Source: Candidatus Krumholzibacteriales bacterium (GTDB taxonomy: Bacteria > Krumholzibacteriota > Krumholzibacteriia > Krumholzibacteriales > WJIX01). From it: a stretch of DNA of 64,000 nucleotides. Shown here piece after piece: positions 48,897-58,659 of the stretch. The translations under genes were made by a program, and so were the position numbers. Below the pieces are notes generated by a model, which was not told the DNA's origin, did not search any database, and worked only from the letters and a program-made list of their open reading frames with translations. The stretch spans positions 1 to 64,000 of the forward strand of contig JAWODM010000043.1 of NCBI GenBank assembly GCA_046483305.1, in the 5' to 3' direction. The number at the start of each line of letters is the position of its first letter. Position 1 is the first letter of the stretch.

Positions 48897-48952
48897 GCCC
48901 TCTTCCTCCCCGCCGGTACCCGCTGATTAAACTTTCGGCCTCTACCTGATGG

Positions 48953-50281
48953 TCAATGGATATGTTCATGGCTTTCGCTCTCCTTCCCCAGGGCCCCCCC
49001 GTATACCTCCTCCGCCTGGCCGGTCAGCCGGCTCTGGCTGTCTATCAGGAAACTCCCTTTCTCCACTACCCGTTCTCCCTCGGACAGGCCGTCCAGGACC
49101 ACATAGTAACCATCCGAAGATCCTCCGAGGGTGATATTTCTCAGCAGGTAGACGCCCTCCCGCTTCTGGACAAAGGCGACCGACCTGGTGCCGGTATTCA
49201 CCACCGCGCTCTTCGGAACCGCCAGGACGCCCATCTCGCCGGTATCCCCGCCAGCCCCCTCAGCAGAGTGGCCTGAATGACCGGCTGGCATCTGGTTCAT
49301 GGACGCGGAGGCCTGGCCACTCGATCCGCCCATAGGGACCTCGATATTCATGGTAGCGAACATCCCCGGCCTGAGCTTATTATGTTTATTCTCAATCTCA
49401 GCTCTGACTTTTACGCTCCGCAGCGAGCCGGTCAGAAACGGCTCTATGAATGATATCCGGCCTTCCATTGACTCTCCGGGGAATGCTTCGAATTCGATCT
49501 CCGCTTTAAGGCCTTCCCTGATCTGCCCGATATCGTCCTCGAACAGATCAGCTACCACCCAGACAGTGCTCAGGTCAGAGATATGAAACAGCGCGTCGCC
49601 TTCCCTGACGTATCCCCCTTCCCGGATATAACTGTGAACCAGCCTGCCGGATGAAGGGGCGTGGATTACCAGATTTTCCTGAACTGTTCCCCGCCCCGCA
49701 AGCTCTTCAATCTGCCGCTCCGTAATCCCCCAGAGGAGCAGTTTCCGGCGGGCGGAACCGGAAAGATCTGAACCGGAGGCCAGCAGAAATTCCTTCTGCG
49801 CCGAAATAAGATCCGGGCTGTATATCAGGGCCAGAGGTTCTCCCTTGATTATGTTCATCCCGGTATAGTCCGCGTACAATTCTTCCACCCGTCCGCCTAC
49901 TCTGGCCGATATTACCGCCTCTTGTGTTTCATCATAATCGACCGAGGCGGGCGCCCTGATCAGCTTTGCCAGGTTGCGCCTGGAAACCTCCACCGTACTG
50001 ATCCTGGCCAGCCGGGCCGCGGCCTGGCTTATCGTTATTCTGATTTCTTCGTCCTTTCCTGAATCTTCCCCTGATTCGGCGTATGCCGGTACCAGGTCCA
50101 TGTTGCATATGGGGCACTTGCCGTCTTCGTCCTCTCTCACCGAGGGGTGCATCCCACAGGTCCAGTACAGTATCTCTCTTTTATTTTCCTCCCCCGTTTG
50201 GGCCGGGCGAGCCGGGACAGAAGGGATAAACGTAATCAGGGCAACCCCCGTTATAGTAACCAGCAATAATATTCTTTTCAT
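48953..50281 (-). CDS. cusB: CusB-type membrane fusion protein with heavy-metal-binding domain
   Basis: WTCGMHP...GKCPICNMDL, LRPGMFA, FLIDS.S. Confidence 0.9.
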   Translation of the reverse strand: MKRILLLVTITGVALITFIPSVPARPAQTGEENKREILYWTCGMHPSVREDEDGKCPICNMDLVPAYAESGEDSGKDEEIRITISQAAARLARISTVEVSRRNLAKLIRAPASVDYDETQEAVISARVGGRVEELYADYTGMNIIKGEPLALIYSPDLISAQKEFLLASGSDLSGSARRKLLLWGITERQIEELAGRGTVQENLVIHAPSSGRLVHSYIREGGYVREGDALFHISDLSTVWVVADLFEDDIGQIREGLKAEIEFEAFPGESMEGRISFIEPFLTGSLRSVKVRAEIENKHNKLRPGMFATMNIEVPMGGSSGQASASMNQMPAGHSGHSAEGAGGDTGEMGVLAVPKSAVVNTGTRSVAFVQKREGVYLLRNITLGGSSDGYYVVLDGLSEGERVVEKGSFLIDSQSRLTGQAEEVYGGALGKESESHEHIH

Positions 50282-50300
50282 ATCCTTTGCCTTCCTCTAT

Positions 50301-51575
50301 TCAATTTCCCGGTATTAATCGGGTTCCTGTCGCCTCTTCGAGGCCGGCAAGATTGATAAAAGCTTCCGCTTTCTTTTCCGCATATTTGATTTTCAGTGAT
50401 ATCAGCTGGCGCTGGGCATCCAGTATGTCAATAAAATCTATTTTCCCTGAAAGATACCCTTCCCGGGCTGACTGAAGCGCCTGCTCAGCTCTGGGAATCA
50501 GCTCGCTTCGGTAGAGCTTCGTGATCTCCGCCGCCGACCGGTACCTGTTCAGCAACAAGTCTATCCTCTCAACAAGACTTCTCCGCTCAGCCCGGTATTT
50601 CAATTCCATAACTCTGACCATGCTCTGTCTCTCAGCCACCTTGCTGCGCACGCTCCCGAACCATAACGGCAGGCTGACTCCCACCGAAATATTCCATGCA
50701 TCCCTCCCCGAATCCGGCACATCCATCGACGGCTCGTCTATCCGGATATACCCGGCGCCCAGGGTGAAATCGGGCAGATATCCTTTTCTGGCAAGATTAA
50801 GTTTCTTCCGCTCTTTCTCCGCCATTCTCTCCCTGAAACGCACCCCCGGATGGGCTACCGCCGAAGCAAAAAGAGAATCCGGAACGGCTGCGGCCGGAAG
50901 CTCCTCCTCCCGCGATACAACCTCCAGGCCGCTTTCAGCGGGCCTGTCCAGAAGGCCCTTGATTACGGATAGAGCCGAATTGCGCTTTTCCTCATACTCA
51001 AGCTCCTTCTCTCCGATTCTGAGAAGTTCCACCTCCATCTTCAGCAGATGCTGCTGATAACCCCTTCCGCTTTCCAGGCGAACCCGGGTAATTTCTCTTA
51101 TATTATCCAGGATCTCTCTCTCCTGTTCCAGAAGGCTCAGCACTTCCAGGTTTTTTGACAGGGTATAGTATGCTTCCTTGACTCTCCTGATAACCGCCAG
51201 CTCCGCCTGATTTATTTTTTCATCGATAATATCGCTGTCAAAGGAGGCTATTTCTTTCTTCAGAGAAAGTTTGCCCGGAAAAGGGACCGGCTGCATCAGC
51301 TGAAGTATATCCTTCTGCGGGCCAAGCCTGGTCTCCACGCTCTCAAGAAAATGCGTGTATGAAAGTCTCGGAAACGGATAGGCAGAAGCAGAAGAAGGAC
51401 GGAACCGGGCAGATTCCCCTTCCTCCCTGAGGGCCATAAGGCCGGGATTGCTGCCGAGAGCTTCCCGGATAAGCTCCTCCAGAGTTAAGGCTGCCCCTTC
51501 GCCGGCGAAGCAGGTTCCGGATACAAGAATTATCAGGGCGGTAATAAATAGTGCTGATATTTTTAAAAGTCTCAT
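50301..51575 (-). CDS. TolC-family outer-membrane efflux protein
   Basis: Signal peptide, PFPGKL, LPLW, Y..G..DF.D.LDA; operon position. Confidence 0.88.
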   Translation of the reverse strand: MRLLKISALFITALIILVSGTCFAGEGAALTLEELIREALGSNPGLMALREEGESARFRPSSASAYPFPRLSYTHFLESVETRLGPQKDILQLMQPVPFPGKLSLKKEIASFDSDIIDEKINQAELAVIRRVKEAYYTLSKNLEVLSLLEQEREILDNIREITRVRLESGRGYQQHLLKMEVELLRIGEKELEYEEKRNSALSVIKGLLDRPAESGLEVVSREEELPAAAVPDSLFASAVAHPGVRFRERMAEKERKKLNLARKGYLPDFTLGAGYIRIDEPSMDVPDSGRDAWNISVGVSLPLWFGSVRSKVAERQSMVRVMELKYRAERRSLVERIDLLLNRYRSAAEITKLYRSELIPRAEQALQSAREGYLSGKIDFIDILDAQRQLISLKIKYAEKKAEAFINLAGLEEATGTRLIPGN

Positions 51576-51590
51576 TTTTCGAATCCTGAA

Positions 51591-52079
51591 TTAACTGGAG
51601 TTCGATTTGCCTGATATGTTGTTGTGTGCATCCAGCGCCACAGAGTTTTTATCTTCCTGTTTAATCACCAGTTCGCTGAGTAAAATTCCCTTCAATCTTG
51701 CTGTAATCATTTCCTTCAAATCTATCCATACATCCCGGGACGCGCAGATTCCTGTTCTGGTACAGATAGAGGAATCGCTTATGCAGTCTACCGGATCGAA
51801 GGGTCCTTCCAGCGCGCCCATAATTTCCAGCAGTGTTATTCCGCCCGGTTCCCTGGAAAGGATATAACCCCCGCCCGGCCCGCGGACCGATTTGATCAGC
51901 CCGGCCGACCTGAGCAGCGGAATTATGTGCTCAAGGTATCCCTTTGATACATTCTGTTTTTCGGCGATATCCCTCAGAGGCACCGGCCCGTCGCGGTAAT
52001 TGCCGGCAAGTTCAATCATCAACCTGGTTCCGTATCTGCCCCTGGTTGAAAGCTTCAGCATACTGAATCTGCTCCCCAT
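51591..52079 (-). CDS. Rrf2-family regulator with three Cys
   Basis: STRGRYG.R, S.RG..GGY.L, C-x6-C-x5-C. Confidence 0.9.
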   Translation of the reverse strand: MGSRFSMLKLSTRGRYGTRLMIELAGNYRDGPVPLRDIAEKQNVSKGYLEHIIPLLRSAGLIKSVRGPGGGYILSREPGGITLLEIMGALEGPFDPVDCISDSSICTRTGICASRDVWIDLKEMITARLKGILLSELVIKQEDKNSVALDAHNNISGKSNSS

Positions 52080-52180
52080 AATAACCTATTAATCCAATGT
52101 ATATTATATGTAATATAATCTGATTTGCCGGAATGTCAACACCTATCCCGCAAACGAATTGAGAGGAGCAAGGAAACAAG

Positions 52181-52207
52181 AAGGGGCCGGTAAAAACCGG
52201 CCCCTTT
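52181..52207 (-). terminator. Rho-independent terminator after the S8 protease
   Basis: AAGGGGCCGGT-AAAA-ACCGGCCCCTT hairpin. Confidence 0.75.
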
Positions 52208-52229
52208 CCTGGTCAGGCCTGCCCGGTCC

Positions 52230-54683
52230 CTACCGCATCAGCACCATCTTCCTGGTCTGGACATAACCTTCGGTCTTCAGACGGTAGAAATAAACCCCGC
52301 TGGCAACGCCCCTGGCGTTCCACTCGAAGTCATGGATACCGGCTTCCAGGTTCCTGTCCACCAGTGTCTTGACCAGTTCGCCCTTAACGTTGTAGATGCT
52401 CAGTGTGACGTAACCGCTCTCGGGCAGGGAGAACCCTATCCTGGTTACCGGATTGAACGGGTTCGGGTAGTTCTGGAAGAGGTGATAGATCTCCGGGACT
52501 TCCTCGCCCGCCAACATCTCTTCCTTGCTTACCATGAATACATCCCCGCTCTCGCAGGCCTTGGTTACATTATTGGCAGCTGAATCATAAGTCCAGCCGC
52601 TCATGGTCACGTTGGTAACCTCGAAACACCATTCTGCGGATGAACCCCAGGTATAACTGCTATAGAACGTAACCTGTCCGTTGCTGTCGGTGCTGCCGCT
52701 GGTGCTTCCGGAGGTGGGCCCGGTGAAATTACCGTAAACGGTGGCCCCCGATACGGGGTTGTTGTTCTGATCAACGATGGTAACTCTTGCCGCGCCGCGC
52801 CTTAAGAACCACCAGCTCTGGCGCCATACGTCTATCGAGCTGACGTGCATGGAGTACTGCGCCGGCTCGGTCACGGTAATGTAATCTACCTTGGTTTCGG
52901 TATCAGAGCCGTACGCATTGGATGCGGTAAGCTCCACCGTGTATGTCCCCGCCGAACTGTACTGGTGGCTGGGGTTCTGGTAGGTGGAGGTAGCCCCGTC
53001 GCCGAAATCCCAGCTCCAGGAGGTCGGACTGTTGCTGGACTGGTCGGTGAAGCTGACCGTAAGTGGCGCATCCCCCGAAGTGGGAGAGCCGGTAAAATCT
53101 GCAACCGGCGGGCTGCCCGGCTCGCTTACGGTAATGTAATCGACCTTGGTCTCGGTGTCCGAGCCGTACGCGTTGGATGCGGTAAGCTCCACCGTGTAGG
53201 TCCCCGCCGAACTGTACTGGTGGCTGGGGTTCTGGGCGGTGGAGGTTGCCCCGTCGCCGAAGTCCCAGCTCCAGGAGGTCGGATTGTTGCTGGACTGGTC
53301 GGTGAAGCTGACCGTAAGCGGCGCATCCCCCGAAGTGGGAGAGCCGGCAAAGCCGGCAACCGGCGGGTTGCCGCTTCCACCCTGAGCTTCAAGCACGGCG
53401 TCGTAGGCATTGACCTTGCCATAGCCGTAGTACTGGTCCCATCCCGAAGCGCCCAGGTCGGTAGCGGTACTCTGAAGTATATCCCTTACCTCCGCGGGGG
53501 TCATCGACCCTCCGCCGGCCGCGATGACCATCGCCGCCACGCCCGCTACATGGGGAGAGGCCATGGAGGTGCCCTCATAGAAGTAGTAACCGAAATCAGT
53601 GGGAGCTCCCGAAGCGAAGGCCTGCTGAAGGATTCCGTCGCCGTATCCGTCGCCGTTCTGATCGACACTGACATCCCCGCCGGGGGCGCAGATATCTATC
53701 GTCGATCCGTAACATGAATAGTCGGTAATACTATTATCGTACCTTACCGCCGAAACCGAAATGCACTCGCTGTATGCCGCGGGGTACTGCGGCGAGCTGG
53801 TGCCGGCGTTTCCGGCGGCGCATACTATGGTGACACCCGCATTGTGGGCGTACTGAACAGCGTTGTGCAGGGTGGTTGACCCGCTGCCTCCCCCGAGGCT
53901 CATATTAATCACCTGGCAGCCGTTATCGGCGGCATAGTAAATGCCGTCAGCTATATCGGTTATGTAGCCCGAACCGTTTGAATCCAGCACCTTGATCGGC
54001 ATTATGGTGCAGTTGAATGCGGTGCCGGCAACTCCCAGGTTGTTGTTGGTGGACTGGGCCACTGTTCCGCAGACGTGGGTTCCGTGCGCCTGGTCGTCAT
54101 TCGCGTGAGAATCGTTATTCACGAAATCGTACCCGGCAACAAAGCTGGTGTTGGCCAGGTCCGGAGCCTGCTGATAAGAACCGTAATCCTCATAGGCAAC
54201 CCCGGTATCGATTATTCCAACCAGGACACCGCTGCCGGTCGATTCGTCCCAGGCGGGCCCCATGCTGATGGATGGGAAATGCCACTGGTAAGTATAATAG
54301 GGGTCATTGGGCGTCATGTATGCATGGTAGATGTAGTTCGGTTCCGCGTATTCAACTTCCGGGTTATTCCTGTAGAATTCCAGGGCCTGTTCCATGGAAC
54401 TCCCTTCCGGAACCGATATCCTCCTGAACCCTCCCCTCCGGCTCACCGACAGCTCCTCGGCGCCCTGCGCGAGCAGCAGCCGGCCGGCTTCTCTACTGTC
54501 TACGCCTTTCCTGAACTTGACAATTATCTCACCCTCCGCGTAATCTCTCTGCGGCGCCCCCGAGGCTACCGAAAGAGCCTTTACCCTGAACTCGGCGGCG
54601 GCCATAGAGTCGCCCGCAGAGAAAGCGATGATGAGACAAATTGTCAGTGCCAGGGAAAACGAACTGATTATTCTTCTTTTCAT
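52230..54683 (-). CDS. S8 subtilase with two PKD domains and a T9SS/FlgD-like C-terminal domain
   Basis: IDTG, HGTHV, GTSMASPHV; WSWDFGDG twice; QNYPNPFNP...SGVYFY. Confidence 0.93.
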   Translation of the reverse strand: MKRRIISSFSLALTICLIIAFSAGDSMAAAEFRVKALSVASGAPQRDYAEGEIIVKFRKGVDSREAGRLLLAQGAEELSVSRRGGFRRISVPEGSSMEQALEFYRNNPEVEYAEPNYIYHAYMTPNDPYYTYQWHFPSISMGPAWDESTGSGVLVGIIDTGVAYEDYGSYQQAPDLANTSFVAGYDFVNNDSHANDDQAHGTHVCGTVAQSTNNNLGVAGTAFNCTIMPIKVLDSNGSGYITDIADGIYYAADNGCQVINMSLGGGSGSTTLHNAVQYAHNAGVTIVCAAGNAGTSSPQYPAAYSECISVSAVRYDNSITDYSCYGSTIDICAPGGDVSVDQNGDGYGDGILQQAFASGAPTDFGYYFYEGTSMASPHVAGVAAMVIAAGGGSMTPAEVRDILQSTATDLGASGWDQYYGYGKVNAYDAVLEAQGGSGNPPVAGFAGSPTSGDAPLTVSFTDQSSNNPTSWSWDFGDGATSTAQNPSHQYSSAGTYTVELTASNAYGSDTETKVDYITVSEPGSPPVADFTGSPTSGDAPLTVSFTDQSSNSPTSWSWDFGDGATSTYQNPSHQYSSAGTYTVELTASNAYGSDTETKVDYITVTEPAQYSMHVSSIDVWRQSWWFLRRGAARVTIVDQNNNPVSGATVYGNFTGPTSGSTSGSTDSNGQVTFYSSYTWGSSAEWCFEVTNVTMSGWTYDSAANNVTKACESGDVFMVSKEEMLAGEEVPEIYHLFQNYPNPFNPVTRIGFSLPESGYVTLSIYNVKGELVKTLVDRNLEAGIHDFEWNARGVASGVYFYRLKTEGYVQTRKMVLMR
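52873..53369 (-). repeat. Near-identical tandem PKD duplication, 255-bp period
   Basis: acggtaatgtaatc at 52873 and 53128; long identical DNA stretches. Confidence 0.85.
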
Positions 54684-54990
54684 TTTGCTGACATCCTCCT
54701 TAAATTGAAAATATTCTCTTAACTGAAAATCCGTGAATATCTTTAATGTTATCACCCCCCTTATTATTTTAGCCTTAAACAGAACATAACGATATGCCGC
54801 CGGTTATCACCCCCCTTCGCGCCCTGGGCCAGGCAGAAAGCCGCTTTTGGGCAAAGAACGCACCTTGCCCTGGATTTCCGAACCCCCAGATATGATACTG
54901 GTCCCCGCATCCTGTTATGTGATAAAAGAACCCGCTTTGCCCTGAAAAATGTATCAGTAGAAATCGCGGTCTGTCAAGAGAAATATGCCG

Positions 54991-55031
54991 TTGGAGTTTC
55001 CCCGGTTTTAAGTGTCAGAGAGCGGCAGCCG
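54991..55031 (+). repeat. ~41-bp direct repeat, copy 1
   Basis: TTGGAGTTTCCCCGGTTTTAAGTGTCAGAGAGCGGCAGCCG. Confidence 0.8.
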
Positions 55032-55354
55032 GGACCTTCCTGCACCGCGCTGTCAAATGGGGCAGGAAAGGCCCCCTGAAGTTTCCCGGAAGCTTATGTT
55101 CTACGGATCATAGCCCTGCTTCATACACTTTATCTTCTCCTCAACCTCCCCGCCAGGACAGTCCACCACCGATCAGTATCCGGTAACGGTTCCTCAAATA
55201 CGGAATCCTTGACTTCAGACGCAGACCGTCCGATAAAAGCCCTCGCAGGGATATTCATACTCCGGCTTCTGTAAACTGGATTTTACCGCGGGTTTGCTCA
55301 AACATGAAATAGCGGGATTGCGGTTGAACCTGAATTATAATCAGAAAAGTTCCT

Positions 55355-56833
55355 CTACTTTCGTGTCAGCATCAGCCGGCCGTCCCTGCCGATCTTGAGC
55401 AGACTGACGACTACCACGAAAAACTCGAGCCGGCCAAGAAACATAGCCAGAATCTCCGCCCAGAGAGCCGTATCGGACATTCCGGCGGAAGTCACGCCCA
55501 CTGACAACCCGACGGTTCCGATAGCGGAAGCGAATTCAAACAGTGAATCGCCAAGGCCGTATCCGCAGGCGCACAAAACAAGGGCCCCGGATACGTATGT
55601 CGCCAGGTAAACGAAAGCAAAAACCGCCGTCTTCCGAATTCTGCCGTCATCCACAAAAACACGGCGATTCCCCTCCCAGACAGGCCTCTCCAGTATCGCG
55701 GTCCCGGGCATGAGATGCCGCCTGATTTCCCAGAAAAACGACTTCATCAACAGAAAGACCCTGAATTGTTTTATGCCGCCGGCAGTAGAACATGTGCCCC
55801 CTCCGATAATCATCAGGAGTATAATAAGCAGCATTCCGGAAGCGGGCCAATTTCCATAAGAGACGGTAGTGTACCCTGTAGTAGTAATCGCCGTCACTGT
55901 TTCGAAAACCGCGGCCCTCACTGATTTCCCAAGCTGGGGATAGATCGCCTGGCAGGTAAACAGGAACATGATAATGGAGGAAAGAAGAATCATCACGGCC
56001 AGCAGCCGGACCTCTCCATTTCTTGCCACAACGCGGATTTTGCCCCTCCACAGGAACCAGGCGGTGACAAAGCTCATATTCCCGAGAATCATAAGAGGGA
56101 GGGTTACCGCCTCTATGGCTGTCGAATTCCAGAATCCGATGCTTTCCTGGTGAGTTGAAAATCCCCCCGTGGATACCGCTGCGAATGAGTGGTTCAACGC
56201 ATCGAAAGGAGACATGCCCGCAACCCAGTATGCCAGCGTTCCGCCTGCGGCATAGCAGGCATAGATGACCAGAACCAGGCGCGCGGATTTCTTGACGTTC
56301 GGCACGAGCTGATCGCTTCGCCCTTCGGCCCTCGATATGCCCGCCCCAGCGGGGCCTACAATCGCGGACATCATGATGATGGCCAGTCCCGCCCCGCCGG
56401 CCAGCTGAATAACGCTGCGCCAGATAAGAACCAGGGGGCCTGCTCCCGTTACATCCACAACGGAGAGTCCGGTAGTGGTCCACCCGCTGACCGACTCAAA
56501 CAGGGCCCTTGAAAAGGAAAGCCCGAGAATCCGAGCAAAGGGCCACGCAGAGAAGAGTATTACCACGGTCCAGCTGAGGAGAACGATTATGCCGCCCTCC
56601 TGGTTGGAGAGCGTTATACTTGAAGCCGGGCGAAACAGCCTCCACAGCAGGAACCCCAACAGGATCAGGCACCCGGCCGGGATGACGAATGATAGTGCGT
56701 GGGCGGCTTCTCCCCGGTGCTTCAGCATAACAAGCAGCGGCGTCAGCATGACAATGCCCGATATAAGAAGAATTATTCCAATAGATGACAATATAGAAGC
56801 GTAGCGTTGTCTGAGATATTCCTTTTCCCGCAA
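55355..56833 (-). CDS. trkH: TrkH potassium uptake permease
   Basis: FESVSGWTTTG, STGGFS, GGG..STAGGIK, GTVG, GRLE. Confidence 0.93.
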   Translation of the reverse strand: MREKEYLRQRYASILSSIGIILLISGIVMLTPLLVMLKHRGEAAHALSFVIPAGCLILLGFLLWRLFRPASSITLSNQEGGIIVLLSWTVVILFSAWPFARILGLSFSRALFESVSGWTTTGLSVVDVTGAGPLVLIWRSVIQLAGGAGLAIIMMSAIVGPAGAGISRAEGRSDQLVPNVKKSARLVLVIYACYAAGGTLAYWVAGMSPFDALNHSFAAVSTGGFSTHQESIGFWNSTAIEAVTLPLMILGNMSFVTAWFLWRGKIRVVARNGEVRLLAVMILLSSIIMFLFTCQAIYPQLGKSVRAAVFETVTAITTTGYTTVSYGNWPASGMLLIILLMIIGGGTCSTAGGIKQFRVFLLMKSFFWEIRRHLMPGTAILERPVWEGNRRVFVDDGRIRKTAVFAFVYLATYVSGALVLCACGYGLGDSLFEFASAIGTVGLSVGVTSAGMSDTALWAEILAMFLGRLEFFVVVVSLLKIGRDGRLMLTRK

Positions 56834-56845
56834 ATTGCCTTACCT

Positions 56846-57508
56846 CTATTCTGGTTCGCCCGTAAACGCCTTGAGAACGGGGCCGTGGTTTTCCGGAAGC
56901 GTAATAAGCACTATCCGGTCGCCCACCCTCAGTTCATGGGACCCGCTGGGGACAATCGTTTCGTTGCCGCGGATTACCACCGCAACCAGGGAGTTTTCGG
57001 GAAAGTCCATATCTTTTAACCGTTTCCCGGTTGCTGGCGAATCGGCATCAAGCTCAATCTCTGTTAAGTTCACCCGGCCTTCTCCCACCGGCAACAGGTT
57101 GGTTATCTGTTCCAGAGATGCCCTCTGCTCTATTAAACTCCCTATGATGCGGGTTGTTGAAAAAGCAGATATTCCGAGCTTTTCAAATACTCCCGCATTA
57201 TCGGGGTCGTTTGCCAGCGCCACCGTTCTGGGTACCCCGAACTGCATGGCGGCGAGCTGGCAGGCTACCAGATTGTCCTGGTCGTTCGGAGTGACTGCCA
57301 ATACGGCGTCAGCCCCCATGGCTCCTGCTTCCTTGAGTATTTTTGCATCGCTCCCGTCGCCGCAAATCACCGTGACTGAAAGCTGCCTTGCCAGCTTGGC
57401 ACATTCCGCCTCATCCCGGTTTATAAGTATTACCTTGAACCCCTTTTCGGTGAAGTTACGGCAAAGAAAATACAGCATCTTCCCGCCGCCGACTATGAGA
57501 ACCTTCAT
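56846..57508 (-). CDS. trkA: TrkA-family RCK_N-RCK_C protein
   Basis: IVGGGK, GDG, D..NL..C, R....IVP.G. Confidence 0.9.
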   Translation of the reverse strand: MKVLIVGGGKMLYFLCRNFTEKGFKVILINRDEAECAKLARQLSVTVICGDGSDAKILKEAGAMGADAVLAVTPNDQDNLVACQLAAMQFGVPRTVALANDPDNAGVFEKLGISAFSTTRIIGSLIEQRASLEQITNLLPVGEGRVNLTEIELDADSPATGKRLKDMDFPENSLVAVVIRGNETIVPSGSHELRVGDRIVLITLPENHGPVLKAFTGEPE

Positions 57509-57945
57509 TTCCGCCCCCCCTTCTCCTCGTCGGCGCCGGAGGAAATGGCCCGAAGGAACAGGTCTGCGGCAACTGATGTAGGACAAATGGTATCGACACC
57601 CCATCGAGTGTAGACTTCCTCCCTCTCGGGGTCGAACACTCTTGCCAGTACGCGCGAGACCCCGAAAATCTTCATGGCCACCTGGGCCAGCATCAGATTA
57701 ATGTTATCATCGTGGGTTGTCGCAATAAGTATGTCCGCGTCATCCAGTTTTGCTTCTTTCAGAACATTCATTTGAGTGGCGTCGCCGCCGACGCAGAAGC
57801 CGCTGAAATCCGGCGAAAGGTGGCCGAATGTTTCCTCGTTACTGTCGATAATCACCACCGAATTCCCCTCACGGCTCAGGTGGTTGGCAAGATATGAACC
57901 AAGTCGCCCGCATCCTACGATAAGTATGTAACGATTACTTTTCAT
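57505..57945 (-). CDS. TrkA-N (RCK) protein
   Basis: IVGCGRLG, GDA, D..N motifs. Confidence 0.88.
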   Translation of the reverse strand: MKSNRYILIVGCGRLGSYLANHLSREGNSVVIIDSNEETFGHLSPDFSGFCVGGDATQMNVLKEAKLDDADILIATTHDDNINLMLAQVAMKIFGVSRVLARVFDPEREEVYTRWGVDTICPTSVAADLFLRAISSGADEEKGGRK

Positions 57946-58645
57946 CCCTGTCCTCTTCGCCGGTGTCACTTGCTTTTCTATGACCCAGGTCTATATTACC
58001 GGCCTTGTTCGTGGAGGTGATTCGCTCCAGATTACTCCAGGCCGGTTTATACGTGGAATCAATGTCCAGGGCGGCCCTATAGAATTTGCGGGCCTCTATC
58101 AAGTCGTCTTTTATCTCGAACAACACTCCCATAAGGTTGTAGGCTTCCGACTGGGACGGATCGGCAGCGATGGCCTTGCGGACCATTTCACGGGCGCCTG
58201 AAAAATTCCGGTCTGAGATATACCGCTTCGCTCCCTCGATCAAAGAGCGGTAATCTGCCGCGCTTTCCTTATCCAGTTCCTCCCTGGCCTGCACCTGGAT
58301 GGCCAGATCCCGAACTTCTCCCGGGCTGAATGGTTTCTGGATAAAATCCGCGGCGCCGAGTTTCATCGCTTCCACAGCGGTCTCTATTGTTCCATGCGCG
58401 GTTATGATGATCACCCGGATCTCGGACCGGTCGTCCCTGACCTTTCTCAAAACCTCCATCCCGCTCATTCCGGGCATCTTCAGGTCCAGAAACATCAATC
58501 CGTAATCCCCCCTATTTATTTTCTGAAGGGCTTCTTCTCCGTTTACAGCCGTCTCAACCGGAACTCCCAGTGGCTCCAGCGCCTGTGACATGGTAAGGCG
58601 GATGTTCTTTTCGTCGTCCACTACCAGAATAGGTTTCTTTTCCAT
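57935..58645 (-). CDS. Response regulator (REC + TPR)
   Basis: ILVVDDE, LDLKMPG, ITAHG, KPF; C-terminal TPR. Confidence 0.9.
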   Translation of the reverse strand: MEKKPILVVDDEKNIRLTMSQALEPLGVPVETAVNGEEALQKINRGDYGLMFLDLKMPGMSGMEVLRKVRDDRSEIRVIIITAHGTIETAVEAMKLGAADFIQKPFSPGEVRDLAIQVQAREELDKESAADYRSLIEGAKRYISDRNFSGAREMVRKAIAADPSQSEAYNLMGVLFEIKDDLIEARKFYRAALDIDSTYKPAWSNLERITSTNKAGNIDLGHRKASDTGEEDRDEK

Positions 58646-58659
58646 AAGTTCCTCCTGCT

